Shown here piece by piece: positions 30,988 through 41,138 of a stretch of DNA of 64,000 nt. How positions within the stretch are numbered: the first letter of the stretch is position 1; each line of letters begins with the position of its first letter. Origin of the DNA: Candidatus Zhuqueibacterota bacterium (GTDB lineage: Bacteria > Zhuqueibacterota > Zhuqueibacteria > Thermofontimicrobiales > Thermofontimicrobiaceae); contig JBMOPW010000034.1 in the NCBI GenBank assembly GCA_049322915.1, forward strand, positions 691,372 through 755,371, read 5' to 3'. Both the position numbers and the translations under genes were made by a program. The notes below the pieces were generated by a model. The model was not told where the DNA came from and made no database searches. It was given only the letters and a program-made list of their open reading frames with translations.

Positions 30988-31109
30988 CCTGAATGGTGCA
31001 TAAATTTAAAATTCGAATATAAAACTGAGTTTGATTTTGCATATACATTCACATATTATGAAAAGATAATGTTAAGTTGGGCTATTGGAGAATTCATGAA
31101 TAATTCAGG
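30988..31109. mobile_element. 122-bp MITE with CCTGAAT/ATTCAGG ends (IS1380-like termini), copy 1
   Basis: Same length and ends as 51335-51456; shared AAAACTGAGTTT and TTCATGAATAATTCAGG. Confidence 0.7.
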
Positions 31110-31277
31110 TTAATGAGGCGCCAGTCAATCCCCCGAGACTCTGGTTCGAGTATAATAACATCAAAATATCTAAATGGATTATATGATCGCGCTGAATATT
31201 TATCCAGCGCGGGAAATGGACGGATAGCCGCACCGCTCGGGATGAATACCGTGAGCACTGCGGATCTCCGCGGCGCA

Positions 31278-32420
31278 TCAGCCGACCCGTTTTTGAAATC
31301 GGATGCTGCTGTAAGTAATGACGACGATGCTGAACAGCGTCATGATCAGCCCTTGCGACCAGAGGTGCGCCAGGCCGCTGCCCTTCAAGAACAACTCCCG
31401 CACGACTGTGACGAAATAACGGACAGGGTTGATGTAAGTCAGGTACTGCATGAGTCTGGGCATGTTGTCAATCGGGAAAATGAAACCGGACATGAGAATG
31501 GAAAACAGCATAAAGAACCACGCCATGAACAGCGCCTGTTGCTGCGTTTTGGAATTGGTGGAGATGAGGATGCCCATTCCCAACGTGGTGAACATGAACA
31601 CAAAAGCGAATCCGAACAATTCCAGGAGATTCCCCCGAATGGGTATCTGGTACCACAGCCGTGCGACGAGTATGGCAAAGCTGATTTCCAGCAAGCCCAA
31701 TATGGCGAAGGGGATCGTCTTTCCCAGCATGAGTTGATACGACTTAATCGGCGTGACGTTCAGTTGCTCCAGCGTGCCGATTTCCTTCTCCTTCACAATG
31801 CCCAGCGCCGTGAGCAGCGATGTGATGACAGTGAGCAAAATGACGATGATGCCCGGAATCATGAAGTTCTTCGCCTGCAGGTTGGGATTGTACCACACGC
31901 GCGTCTCCGAGGTGACCAGCCGGACATTGCTCATGCTGGCCGGATTTTGAATGAGCTGATCAATCAGGATTTCCGAACTGTATGACTGAATGATGCGCTG
32001 CGCGTATCCCATGGCCACGAGCGAAGAGTTGGAATCCTGGCCATCCACCAAAAGTTGGATTGTGGGCGACACATTCCGTTTCATGTCATATTCGAAACGC
32101 GCCGGGATGACAATGGCAATCGTCGCCTTGCCCCTGTCGATATAACCGACAATCTCCTGCTGTTCAGTGACGTAATATTCCAGTGTGAAATACTGGTTGT
32201 TTTCAAACCGGCGGATCAATTCCCGGCTGGTCGCACTGCGGTCCTGGTCGCAGACCAGCGTGGCAATATTTTTTATGTCAACAGAAACAGCATACCCCAA
32301 CAGCAGGAGCTGTACGATTGGCATGAAGAAAATAACGACCAGCATGGGCTTATCCCGGAAAACCTGGATAAATTCTTTCCGAATGAGAAATAGTATTTTT
32401 CTAATATTAGTATTCACCAT
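31278..32420 (-). CDS. ABC-2 transporter permease (YbhR-like)
   Basis: WYNPNL and EKEIGTLEQL motifs. Confidence 0.92.
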   Translation of the reverse strand: MVNTNIRKILFLIRKEFIQVFRDKPMLVVIFFMPIVQLLLLGYAVSVDIKNIATLVCDQDRSATSRELIRRFENNQYFTLEYYVTEQQEIVGYIDRGKATIAIVIPARFEYDMKRNVSPTIQLLVDGQDSNSSLVAMGYAQRIIQSYSSEILIDQLIQNPASMSNVRLVTSETRVWYNPNLQAKNFMIPGIIVILLTVITSLLTALGIVKEKEIGTLEQLNVTPIKSYQLMLGKTIPFAILGLLEISFAILVARLWYQIPIRGNLLELFGFAFVFMFTTLGMGILISTNSKTQQQALFMAWFFMLFSILMSGFIFPIDNMPRLMQYLTYINPVRYFVTVVRELFLKGSGLAHLWSQGLIMTLFSIVVITYSSIRFQKRVG

Positions 32421-32429
32421 GACAGAGCC

Positions 32430-33536
32430 TCAGTCTAAACTCGTTTTAAATCGCGCCACGCTCACCATGAGGAGCAGTGTTCCCAGGGCAAACAGGAAAA
32501 TCGTGTTCGGCCACAAATAGGTGGCGCCAATTCCCTTCAAAATAATGCCGCGAATGATATTGATGTAATATTTGGCCGGGACGACATAGCTCAGCACTTT
32601 CAACACCACAGGCATGCTGCGGATGGGAAACACAAAGCCGGATAAAATCAATGATGGCAAAATCGTGATGATGAGTGATCCCATCATGGCCACCTGTTGA
32701 GTTTTCACGCGCGTGGAAATGAACACGCCGATGGCCAGAGAAGCGTACAAATAGAAAATCGAAAGCAATACCAGCATCAGGAGACTGCCCTGTATGGCCA
32801 CATTGAACATCAGCTTGGCTGCTGCAACCACGACGGCGCCATCTAAAAACGCAATAATGATGTAGGGGAACACTTTGCCAAAAATGATCTCGACCGGCCG
32901 TATCGGCGAGACCAGGAGTTGTTCCATGGTGCCGGTTTCCTTTTCCCGGGCGATGGTCACTGAGGTCATCAATGCGCAGATCATCATCAGAATGACTGCG
33001 ACCAGCCCCGGGACGATGAAATGACCGCTTTCTAAATCCGGATTGTACCAGACGCGGGGCTCGATCAAAATGGGCGCTCGCATGGCTGAATTATTCAGAC
33101 CCTGGGAATACGATGCCAGAATGATTTCCACGTAATTCATCACAATGGTCGCTGTGTTGGCGTCACTGCCATCGATGAGCACCTGCACCTGGGTGCGCTG
33201 GTTGATTGAAATGCTGGATAAAAAATCCTGCGGGAACACAATCGCCGCCTTGATTTTTCTCTTCAGGAACAGGTCCTCGATCTCGTCGGTTGTGTTCGGG
33301 TAGGCGACAATGGTGAAATACCCGGACCGTGAAAAATTAGCAATGAGTTCGCGGCTGGCGCTGGAACGATCTGGGTCATTGATGCCAATATTGATATTTT
33401 TAATATCAATTTTAATCGCATGCCCGTAGAGAAAAATCATCATCACCGGCATTAGAAATGCCAGTAGCAACGAACGGGTGTCCCTGAAAATGTGCCGGAA
33501 TTCTTTTTTTATGATGGCAAAAACTCGTTTCCTCAT
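32430..33536 (-). CDS. ABC-2 transporter permease (YbhS-like)
   Basis: WYNPDL and EKETGTMEQL motifs. Confidence 0.92.
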   Translation of the reverse strand: MRKRVFAIIKKEFRHIFRDTRSLLLAFLMPVMMIFLYGHAIKIDIKNINIGINDPDRSSASRELIANFSRSGYFTIVAYPNTTDEIEDLFLKRKIKAAIVFPQDFLSSISINQRTQVQVLIDGSDANTATIVMNYVEIILASYSQGLNNSAMRAPILIEPRVWYNPDLESGHFIVPGLVAVILMMICALMTSVTIAREKETGTMEQLLVSPIRPVEIIFGKVFPYIIIAFLDGAVVVAAAKLMFNVAIQGSLLMLVLLSIFYLYASLAIGVFISTRVKTQQVAMMGSLIITILPSLILSGFVFPIRSMPVVLKVLSYVVPAKYYINIIRGIILKGIGATYLWPNTIFLFALGTLLLMVSVARFKTSLD

Positions 33537-33656
33537 CGTCTGAATTTCCTTCTCTGATCTGATAAAAAAGCACAGCGCGCTAATTTTGTGCGCGCAACCC
33601 GACAGGGTTCCCCGAACCCACGACAGTTGCAGCCTTTGGGCGACCCGGATCCCGAC

Positions 33657-34397
33657 TCACTGCGACGCTGCTGCGCCGCTGACCAACGAGACGAACACAT
33701 CCTCGATATTGTCTTTTTTGTAGGTTGATTTGAGAGCGTTCGGCGAATCGATGGTGATAATTTTTCCCTGATGCATGACGGACAGCCGGTTGCAGTATTC
33801 GGCTTCATCCATGTAATGCGTCGTCACAAAAACGGTGGTGCCGGCTTCGGCCAATTCGTAAATCAGGCTCCAGAAATTTCGGCGCGAAATGGGGTCCACG
33901 CCGGAGGTCGGTTCATCCAAAAAGACAGTGGAGGGATTGTGCAGGATGGCGCAACCCAGCGCCAGTCGCTGCTTCCAGCCCAAAGGAATTTCACTGGTCA
34001 GGGTTTTGCGCTGGTCGGATAAATTCAGCTTGTTCAGCATCCAGTTTTTTTGATGTTCCAGGCGCTTCCTGTCCAGCCCATAGATCCCGCCGTAAAACGT
34101 GATGTTTTCTTCGACCGTCAAATCATTGTACAGAGAAAATCTTTGGGACATGTAGCCAATCGTTTGTTTGACGGATTCCGGCTCCGCGCCAATATCAATT
34201 CCCTGCACCCAGGCTTTGCCGGAAGTTGGCATGAGCAGTCCGCAGAGCATTCGAATCGTCGTCGTCTTTCCGGCGCCGTTCGCGCCGAGAAAACCAAAAA
34301 TTTCGCCCCGGCTCACTTCGAAGCTGATATCGTTCACCGCAATGAACTCACCGAAGGATCGGGAGAGATGTTCAACCTTAACAGCGATTTGGTTCAT
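33657..34397 (-). CDS. ABC transporter ATP-binding protein (YbhF C-half-like)
   Basis: GANGAGKT, IPLGWKQRL and DEPTSG motifs. Confidence 0.93.
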   Translation of the reverse strand: MNQIAVKVEHLSRSFGEFIAVNDISFEVSRGEIFGFLGANGAGKTTTIRMLCGLLMPTSGKAWVQGIDIGAEPESVKQTIGYMSQRFSLYNDLTVEENITFYGGIYGLDRKRLEHQKNWMLNKLNLSDQRKTLTSEIPLGWKQRLALGCAILHNPSTVFLDEPTSGVDPISRRNFWSLIYELAEAGTTVFVTTHYMDEAEYCNRLSVMHQGKIITIDSPNALKSTYKKDNIEDVFVSLVSGAAASQ

Positions 34398-34410
34398 AAT
34401 TCACTTCATG

Positions 34411-35319
34411 TTATTGTTTCATCAGTTCAATGAATGTATCTTCAATGGTGGGTGGAATAACCTGCATCGCCTTTATTCCGGCAATTTCGCGGCCGATACT
34501 CTCCATGGCCCGCCGGGCATCGCTGGTGGTGACATGGATTTTGTCCCCGAAAATCTGAACCGAATGGATAGCGTCCCACCCTTCCAGCTTTTTAGCAGTG
34601 GGAATCAGGTCGGCGCAGATGATTTCGACCAACTGCCGGGGGAACAATCCGGCGATAATGGCGGGCGAATCGATCGCCAGAATTTTGCCGCGATGAATCA
34701 TGGCAATGCGGTCGCACTGTCGCGCCTCATCCATGTACGGCGTCGATACCAGGATGGTCACGCCCTCCTTTCTCAAATCGTGGAGGATCTGCCAGAATTC
34801 CCGGCGCGAGACAGGATCAACGCCGGTCGTTGGTTCATCCAGAATCAGCAGTTTCGGCGTGTGGATGAGCGTGCAGCTCAGAGCCAATTTCTGCTTCATC
34901 CCGCCGGACAACTGCTCGGAGCGGCGCTTTCGAAACGGCCCCAGATTGCTGAACTTGAGTAACCGTTCGGCTCTCTCCCTGCGCTCCTGATCCGGCACCT
35001 GATACAGTTCAGCGAAAAAACTCATGTTCTCATCCACTGTCATATCCGGGTAGAGCGAAAATCGCTGCGGCATATACCCGATGATCTTTTTGATCTCGAC
35101 AAGCTGCTTTTTCACATCAAACCCGAAAATCCGACAGTCGCCGGTCTCTTTGGTGAGCAGTCCGCAGAGGATCCGCATGACCGTTGTTTTGCCGGCGCCG
35201 TCCGGGCCGATCAATCCGAACAGTTCGGCCTCGGCAATGGAGAACGACACATCATCGACCGCCACGGTTCCCGCGTACTGCTTTCTCAATCCTGCAACGT
35301 CCACGACATTCACGCGCAT
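34411..35319 (-). CDS. ABC transporter ATP-binding protein (YbhF N-half-like)
   Basis: GPDGAGKT, LSGGMKQKL and DEPTTG motifs. Confidence 0.93.
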   Translation of the reverse strand: MRVNVVDVAGLRKQYAGTVAVDDVSFSIAEAELFGLIGPDGAGKTTVMRILCGLLTKETGDCRIFGFDVKKQLVEIKKIIGYMPQRFSLYPDMTVDENMSFFAELYQVPDQERRERAERLLKFSNLGPFRKRRSEQLSGGMKQKLALSCTLIHTPKLLILDEPTTGVDPVSRREFWQILHDLRKEGVTILVSTPYMDEARQCDRIAMIHRGKILAIDSPAIIAGLFPRQLVEIICADLIPTAKKLEGWDAIHSVQIFGDKIHVTTSDARRAMESIGREIAGIKAMQVIPPTIEDTFIELMKQ

Positions 35320-35368
35320 TTCTCCTGGCTCAAATTAAAGTGCGCCAACCTCACGCTCCATTCCACAT

Positions 35369-36271
35369 TCATTTATTCACGACGATATCCGCCGGCATGC
35401 CAATCTTCAACTCATTGTCCGGATTGGCCAGTTCGATCTTCACGGCATACACCAGGTCCGCGCGCGCTTCTTTGGTCTGAACATTTTTAGGAGTGAATTC
35501 CGCTTTGGGCGAGATCCACACGACTTTGCCGGTGAATTTCCTGCCGGCAAAAGAATCGACTTCGATGGTGGCGTCTTCGTTCAATGTGACAAAACCCAGT
35601 TCCGGCGCTGTGATGTACAGCTTGATCCACATTCGCGAGAGATCCGCAATGTCCACGACGGCCATTCCCGGCGTGACTGTTTCGCCCTGTTCAATATATT
35701 TTTTGATGACCGTGCCCACAGCCGGACTTTTTACAGAGCAGTCGCGCAGTTGACTTTCAAGCAGATCCAGATTCGCCTCAATCTGGAGTCTCTTCATCTG
35801 GGATGCGCGCAGTCCGGATTTGGCCTGGCGCGCCTGAGTTTCAGCCAGATTGTGCTGTGTGGAAATATCATCCATTTGCTGCTGCGTCGCCGAGCCCTGT
35901 CCGAACAGCGCCTTGATGCGCTCGTATTTTTTCCTGACATTGGCCAGTTGCTCTTCCGCCAACACGGTACTTTCATCCGCAGTCCTGATGACGAAATCCA
36001 CCTCAGAAAGTCCGGCCTGGACCTGTTTCATCTGAAGCGATATTTTCTCCGTATCCACCACGGCGATGACGCTCCCCGCTTCAATGGCGCTGCCTTCGTT
36101 CACCGCCATTTCCAGCACCTGACCCGCTGTCCTGGCGCGCACGGTAATTTCCGTCGCTTCCAGCGATCCGGATCCGGTGATGACGCCGCTGTTCTTCTTT
36201 TCGCAGTTCAAGATGAGTGACATGGACATGATGAGCAAACCCACCATCGTTAAAACCACTTTATTTGACAT
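35369..36271 (-). CDS. HlyD family membrane fusion protein (YbhG-like)
   Basis: AEFTPKNVQT and LKIGMP motifs; lipoyl/coiled-coil layout. Confidence 0.92.
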   Translation of the reverse strand: MSNKVVLTMVGLLIMSMSLILNCEKKNSGVITGSGSLEATEITVRARTAGQVLEMAVNEGSAIEAGSVIAVVDTEKISLQMKQVQAGLSEVDFVIRTADESTVLAEEQLANVRKKYERIKALFGQGSATQQQMDDISTQHNLAETQARQAKSGLRASQMKRLQIEANLDLLESQLRDCSVKSPAVGTVIKKYIEQGETVTPGMAVVDIADLSRMWIKLYITAPELGFVTLNEDATIEVDSFAGRKFTGKVVWISPKAEFTPKNVQTKEARADLVYAVKIELANPDNELKIGMPADIVVNK

Positions 36272-36285
36272 GTTCGCCTCCGAAA

Positions 36286-37638
36286 TTATTTCTCCGTTAA
36301 TACGCCCAGCGCTCTGGTAAGATCGGCCACGGCAATGTGATGATCCATCACAGCCTGGACTTTATCAATTTTCGCCTGCGTCAGTTTCATTTCCGCATCG
36401 AGGAAATCGGTGTTCGTCACCATTCCCTGCCTGAACTGATCGCTCACCAACCGCAAATTTTCCTCCGCCTGAAGCTCCTTTTTCATGGCAATTTTCAGGT
36501 TCCGTTCCGCGTCGGTCTTTGCCAGATCGGCCCGCGTGACGTCCAATTCGATGTACTGTTTCGCCTTTGAAAGCGACTCCAGAATCTGATTTTTCTGTAT
36601 CCGGGCTATCGCCACATTGGAGCTTTTCGCTCCCCAATCCCACAGATTCCATTTCATGGACAGACCAACGGCCCAATAATCCATCCACTCATTTTTGAAC
36701 ATATTGATCGATGGTTTTCCGTATTCATAAAAGCCAATAACCGAGAGCTGCGGGAAATAGCTGCCGCGATTGGCATCGATGACATGTTGCGCCGCCTCAA
36801 CCGATGACGACAGCACCGATAGCTCCGGTCGTTCTGCAATGGCCACGGCTGCCGCGTTCTGCACAACTGTCTCCGCGATGGGAAATTCACCCTCCAGATC
36901 GGGCATAATGCGCTGCGACGAGTTCAGTCCGACCAGATTCAACAGGTTCAAATGCGCAAGTTCAATAGCGTGATCCGCGCGGTTGATCATCAGCTCGACT
37001 TCGGACACCTTGATTTCAATTTTCAATACCTCGTTTCTGGCAACCATTCCCTGGTCGTGCAAATTCTTCACATCCGTCAGATGCGCCTGCACAACCTGCA
37101 GCGACGCCGCTGCAATCTCCCGCAGTTTATACGCTTTGATCAAATTGAAATAGGCGGATTTCACGGAGTAAACCAGATTATTCAATTCCGCGCGCAGGTT
37201 ATGAACTTCAGCCTGCAACTGATTTTCCCTGGCCCGAATCGAATTGGAAATCCTGAACCCGGTGAACAGCGGCTGAGCGACACCCAGCCGGAGCGAATAA
37301 TTGTCCTGACTGCCCAACTGAAATTCAATCGTCGGGATGCTCAACGGCACAGGCACATTGGGTATTTGAAACGCCAGGCCGCCAATTTCCGCCATGACCG
37401 CTTCGCTGACGCGATTGTAATTTGCATCCAGATTCACCTGCGGCAGCCGGGTCGATTTTGCCAGCTTCAAATTGGACTCCGCGGTGTTGATATTCATCTC
37501 CTTTACTTTGAAGTCCGGATTGTTCTTCCGGGCTAACTCCACGCACTCATCCAGCTTCAGGACCCTCGCTTCTGTCTGTCCCAGCACTATTCCCGGCAAC
37601 AGGAATAACAGGAACACATATATTTTTTTCATCGCCAC
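36286..37638 (-). CDS. TolC family outer-membrane efflux protein
   Basis: Duplicated OEP repeats; QPLFTG and WNLWDWG motifs. Confidence 0.92.
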   Translation of the reverse strand: MAMKKIYVFLLFLLPGIVLGQTEARVLKLDECVELARKNNPDFKVKEMNINTAESNLKLAKSTRLPQVNLDANYNRVSEAVMAEIGGLAFQIPNVPVPLSIPTIEFQLGSQDNYSLRLGVAQPLFTGFRISNSIRARENQLQAEVHNLRAELNNLVYSVKSAYFNLIKAYKLREIAAASLQVVQAHLTDVKNLHDQGMVARNEVLKIEIKVSEVELMINRADHAIELAHLNLLNLVGLNSSQRIMPDLEGEFPIAETVVQNAAAVAIAERPELSVLSSSVEAAQHVIDANRGSYFPQLSVIGFYEYGKPSINMFKNEWMDYWAVGLSMKWNLWDWGAKSSNVAIARIQKNQILESLSKAKQYIELDVTRADLAKTDAERNLKIAMKKELQAEENLRLVSDQFRQGMVTNTDFLDAEMKLTQAKIDKVQAVMDHHIAVADLTRALGVLTEK

Positions 37639-37799
37639 AACGCTTCTCCTCTGTTTGAATCGAAATACTCATGTCCTTCAATTTAATGACGACCGGCTGT
37701 ATCGGCAATATCGGATACTAAAAATGAAAGATGCCGTTGAATGCATCGACGCGGTTTGGTCTCCCCGGAAAGTGGCCGGCGCCGTCTCCCCGGGTGAAT

Positions 37800-38429
37800 T
37801 CATTGTTTATTCAGCAGCCCATTTTCCAGCAAGTCGATGATGCTCTGTTGACGCATGACTAAAAAATCGTTCGAATCGATGATTTTAAACTCATCGATAT
37901 TGACCAGAATCGGTTTCATCAGGAAATACACAAGGCACATCCCGATGATGCTGAGAAATGTCTGAATCGGATCGACCTTTCGAAATTGGCCTTTTTTCAC
38001 ACTGTCATCAATCATGGTGAAAACATTCATCGGCAGGCTGATTTTCAAACCGCCGAAAATATTTTTCAAAATCGACGCGACATAGACTCCCCCACTGGCC
38101 ATTTCCCGGGCCATGATTCTTGGGAACCCTTCGTTTTGCGATAAGAAGTTCGTGTAGGTGTTAATAATCTGTTCGATTTTCAGATGCGGTTCAATTTCCG
38201 AAATAACGATACTATTGACAGCCTCGAACAATGGCCGAAAGATAGAATCCAGCACCTCGCGATACAACTGGTCTTTGCTGCTAAAATAATAGAACAGCAT
38301 GGCTTTATTAACGCCGGCGCGATCGGCTATTTCCTGCATGCGCGCGCCCTCCCGGCCTCGTTCGATGAATACGAACCTCGCTGCCTCCAGTATTTTATCC
38401 CTCGTCGATGGTGTACCTGATTGTTCCAT
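37800..38429 (-). CDS. TetR/AcrR family transcriptional regulator
   Basis: EIADRAGVNKAMLFYYFSSK HTH. Confidence 0.95.
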   Translation of the reverse strand: MEQSGTPSTRDKILEAARFVFIERGREGARMQEIADRAGVNKAMLFYYFSSKDQLYREVLDSIFRPLFEAVNSIVISEIEPHLKIEQIINTYTNFLSQNEGFPRIMAREMASGGVYVASILKNIFGGLKISLPMNVFTMIDDSVKKGQFRKVDPIQTFLSIIGMCLVYFLMKPILVNIDEFKIIDSNDFLVMRQQSIIDLLENGLLNKQ

Positions 38430-38461
38430 GATTTTTTCCTGACTGGCAAAAATGCTTCTTC

Positions 38462-38534
38462 AACCATCTGGTTCAACCATTTGATTTAACCATTTGGTTG
38501 AGGCCAATATAATTTATTCTGCTCAAAAAGTCAA
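38462..38534 (-). promoter_or_regulatory. tetR operon promoter with triple operator
   Basis: Minus-strand TTGACT-N17-TATATT (38534-38506) followed by three tandem AACCAnnTG(G/A)TT palindromes with 13-bp period (38462-38499). Confidence 0.75.
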
Positions 38535-38956
38535 GACAATTTTTTTCATTCCCTGGCCCAACGAGTCGGCGACTAACGGACAGAGCACCCAAATCGCGAG
38601 TCGCTGTGAAGTTCGCCGGAAACACAGCGACGAAATCGGCAACAGCCTAGCATCAGCCCTGTATTTTTCAGGGGAACTTGCTCCATTCATTGCCGGAATT
38701 AATCTGTTCGCTGAGTGACATACCAGTGGATTCACGCGGTCCAGCCGCGGCGGCGCAACGGTTTCTCAATTAAAAAATAATTTCCTTGATTTGAACAAAT
38801 ATTTTTATTATCTTTAGTGTCAAAATTAGATCGACCCAAAGTTTGGAATACAAATTTATAATCTGTTCAAATCGCCCTGTTGCAGGCTGAATGTATATAA
38901 GAGTTGGGTCATACCGAATTTTACACGGTGTAGGATTGTTGCGTAAAGGAGAGGAA

Positions 38957-39385
38957 ATGAGTGAATATTTAATTGGACAGGAAGTAGAAGCATTCTGTCG
39001 CAAGTGCAAATCAGACACGATCCATGTGATCACATCCATTTCTGGAGTGAAAATTGATAAGGCCATGTGCAAAACCTGCATGAGCTATCATAAAATTAAA
39101 TTGTTGGAGGAGTCGGTAGAAAAACCAGTCTCCAGAACGGCGAAGCCGACCGCGGAAGTCAAGACAATCAAACGACCGCGCCGGGATAAGTGGACCCGTT
39201 TGCTGGATAGCACGGCGTCGGAACAGGCCATTTCGTATTCGATGGATAAAGTGTACGAAGTCGCGACCGCGATTCATCATAAAACCTTCGGGTTGGGCGT
39301 CGTTAAAAATATCATCGACGTCCAAAAAATTGAAGTGTTATTCCACGACGGTGCGAAAATTCTGGTTCAAAATTACCAGGGTTAG
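38957..39385 (+). CDS. Small zinc-ribbon protein with SH3/Tudor-like C-terminus
   Basis: CRKC...H...CKTC...H; HKTFGLGVV; SD-like GAGG before ATG 38957. Confidence 0.75.
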   Translation: MSEYLIGQEVEAFCRKCKSDTIHVITSISGVKIDKAMCKTCMSYHKIKLLEESVEKPVSRTAKPTAEVKTIKRPRRDKWTRLLDSTASEQAISYSMDKVYEVATAIHHKTFGLGVVKNIIDVQKIEVLFHDGAKILVQNYQG

Positions 39386-39512
39386 TCCATACATTCTCAG
39401 TGCGTCGCTGAACATGAAACCAACAGCATCGTCCCATACAACACCAATGGCGATGGAGATGTTATAAAATCTGATGTCGAGTTTTCAGGTGTCACTACAG
39501 TCAAAGAAATTG

Positions 39513-39543
39513 AAACCTCCCTACACTGGGGAGGTTTTTTTTT
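39513..39543 (+). terminator. Intrinsic terminator
   Basis: AAACCTCCC...GGGAGGTTTTTTTTT between convergent genes. Confidence 0.8.
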
Positions 39544-39584
39544 GGACGGGATTCAGCACTCAAAAGCAACACCGATTCGCATCA

Positions 39585-40748
39585 TTATCGGATGACCTGT
39601 TCGAGTCGGCGGGTGATATCCCGGAGCTCAGCCTCATCCGGGACGTACTGAAGTTTTATCGGTTCCAGCACTTCAAAGCCGCAGTCTTTCAGTACCTTCT
39701 CCACCTGTCCCACGCTTTGACCGCCCCAACCATACGAGCCAAATGCAAGTCCGATGCGGTTCTTCGGAGCAAGACCGTGAAAGTACGTCAGGAACGAGGC
39801 AACCGTCGGCAGCATATTATTATTCAATGTCGGGGAGCCCACGCAAATGTATTCCGCAGTGAGCACCTCAGTCATAATATCCGAAATATGGTTATGCCGC
39901 AAATTCAGCAGGCTGATGTGATAGCCCTTGTTTTCAAAGGCGCTGCTGATTGCCCGGGCAATTCCTTCAGTGGATCCCCACATGGTATCGTAGATGATCA
40001 GCGCGCGTTTGGTGGTTTTATTGCCTGCCCATTTATAATATTCGGCCACGATTTCCGAAACATGCTCGCGCCAGACAATGCCATGACTGGGCGCGATGGT
40101 GGAAATATCGAGGCAGGACACTGCATCCAGCGCCTTTTGAACCATGGCCCCGTAGGGCAGCACAATATTCGCGTAATATTTTTTCGCCTCTTCAAGTACA
40201 ATGGAGTACGGATATTCATCGTCGAACCGCTCCGATGTGGCGATGTGCTGACCGAATGCGTCATTGGAAAAAAGGATACGGTCTTGTTCGGAGTAACATA
40301 CCATGTTATCCGGCCAGTGCACCATCCGCGTGAGAATGAATTGCAAATTTCGCTTGCCGATTTTCAGCGTGTCCCCGTTATTCACAACGTGAAAGTCCCA
40401 ATCCTTTTTGTAATGCGCCCGCAATCCCTTCTCTCCATTGGGAGAGGTGATGATTTTGATGCGATCATTCATCTGCAGCAACCGCGGCAATCCACCGGAG
40501 TGATCCATTTCCACGTGATTGCTCACAACATAGTCAATTTTCCCGGGGTCAATCAGCGCAGAAATGCGCTCCATCATCTCGTCGTACAGGTAATATTTCA
40601 CCGAATCGATCAATGTAATTTTTTCATCAAGAATCAGGTAAGCGTTATAGGTCGATCCCCGCTGCGTGAGATAGCCATGAAAATTTCGCAGGCCCCAATC
40701 GATGGCGCCCACCCAGTACACATCATTCGCTAATTGAATTGGTTTCAT
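39585..40748 (-). CDS. fprA: Flavodiiron protein (FprA/A-type flavoprotein; NO/O2 reductase)
   Basis: HVEMDHSG, HWPD, NDAFGQH, APSHG and flavodoxin GSYGW motifs. Confidence 0.93.
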   Translation of the reverse strand: MKPIQLANDVYWVGAIDWGLRNFHGYLTQRGSTYNAYLILDEKITLIDSVKYYLYDEMMERISALIDPGKIDYVVSNHVEMDHSGGLPRLLQMNDRIKIITSPNGEKGLRAHYKKDWDFHVVNNGDTLKIGKRNLQFILTRMVHWPDNMVCYSEQDRILFSNDAFGQHIATSERFDDEYPYSIVLEEAKKYYANIVLPYGAMVQKALDAVSCLDISTIAPSHGIVWREHVSEIVAEYYKWAGNKTTKRALIIYDTMWGSTEGIARAISSAFENKGYHISLLNLRHNHISDIMTEVLTAEYICVGSPTLNNNMLPTVASFLTYFHGLAPKNRIGLAFGSYGWGGQSVGQVEKVLKDCGFEVLEPIKLQYVPDEAELRDITRRLEQVIR

Positions 40749-40861
40749 CCAGTTCTCCTGTATTCGTTCATTTTTCCCAATGCTTTTTATCAAAATTCAC
40801 ACCCCTTAAATATAAAACTAACGGATTAAAAATCAATGATTTTTTCATCCCGCATCAAAAT

Positions 40862-40890
40862 AAAAAAGCAACCCAAAGCGGGCTGCTTTT
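40862..40890 (-). terminator. Intrinsic terminator after multiheme cytochrome gene
   Basis: AAAAAGCAACCC...GGGCTGCTTTTT. Confidence 0.6.
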
Positions 40891-41138
40891 TATTATCCGT
40901 TCGATATTTTCAAAAAATCAGAATGGGAAAAAATGATGATGTCGAAGAGTCGATTGAAGGAAATCCTTTGTCGCGTTGACAGCCGGGAGCAGCCTAACGA
41001 TGGGCGCCCGGTTACTTCCGCCAAATGCTCAGGACAGAAGCGCGACATGCGTCTCGTCCTTTTCAGGAAAAGGGGCAATCGTTTCCACCGCACCAGCAAA
41101 CGGCCCGGGCGAAGTCATTCCATTTGAAACGGCGTCCA

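Noticed and set aside
40836..40848. Second FNR box upstream of fprA
   Set aside because: ATGATTTTTTCAT has the wrong spacing and poor half-sites.
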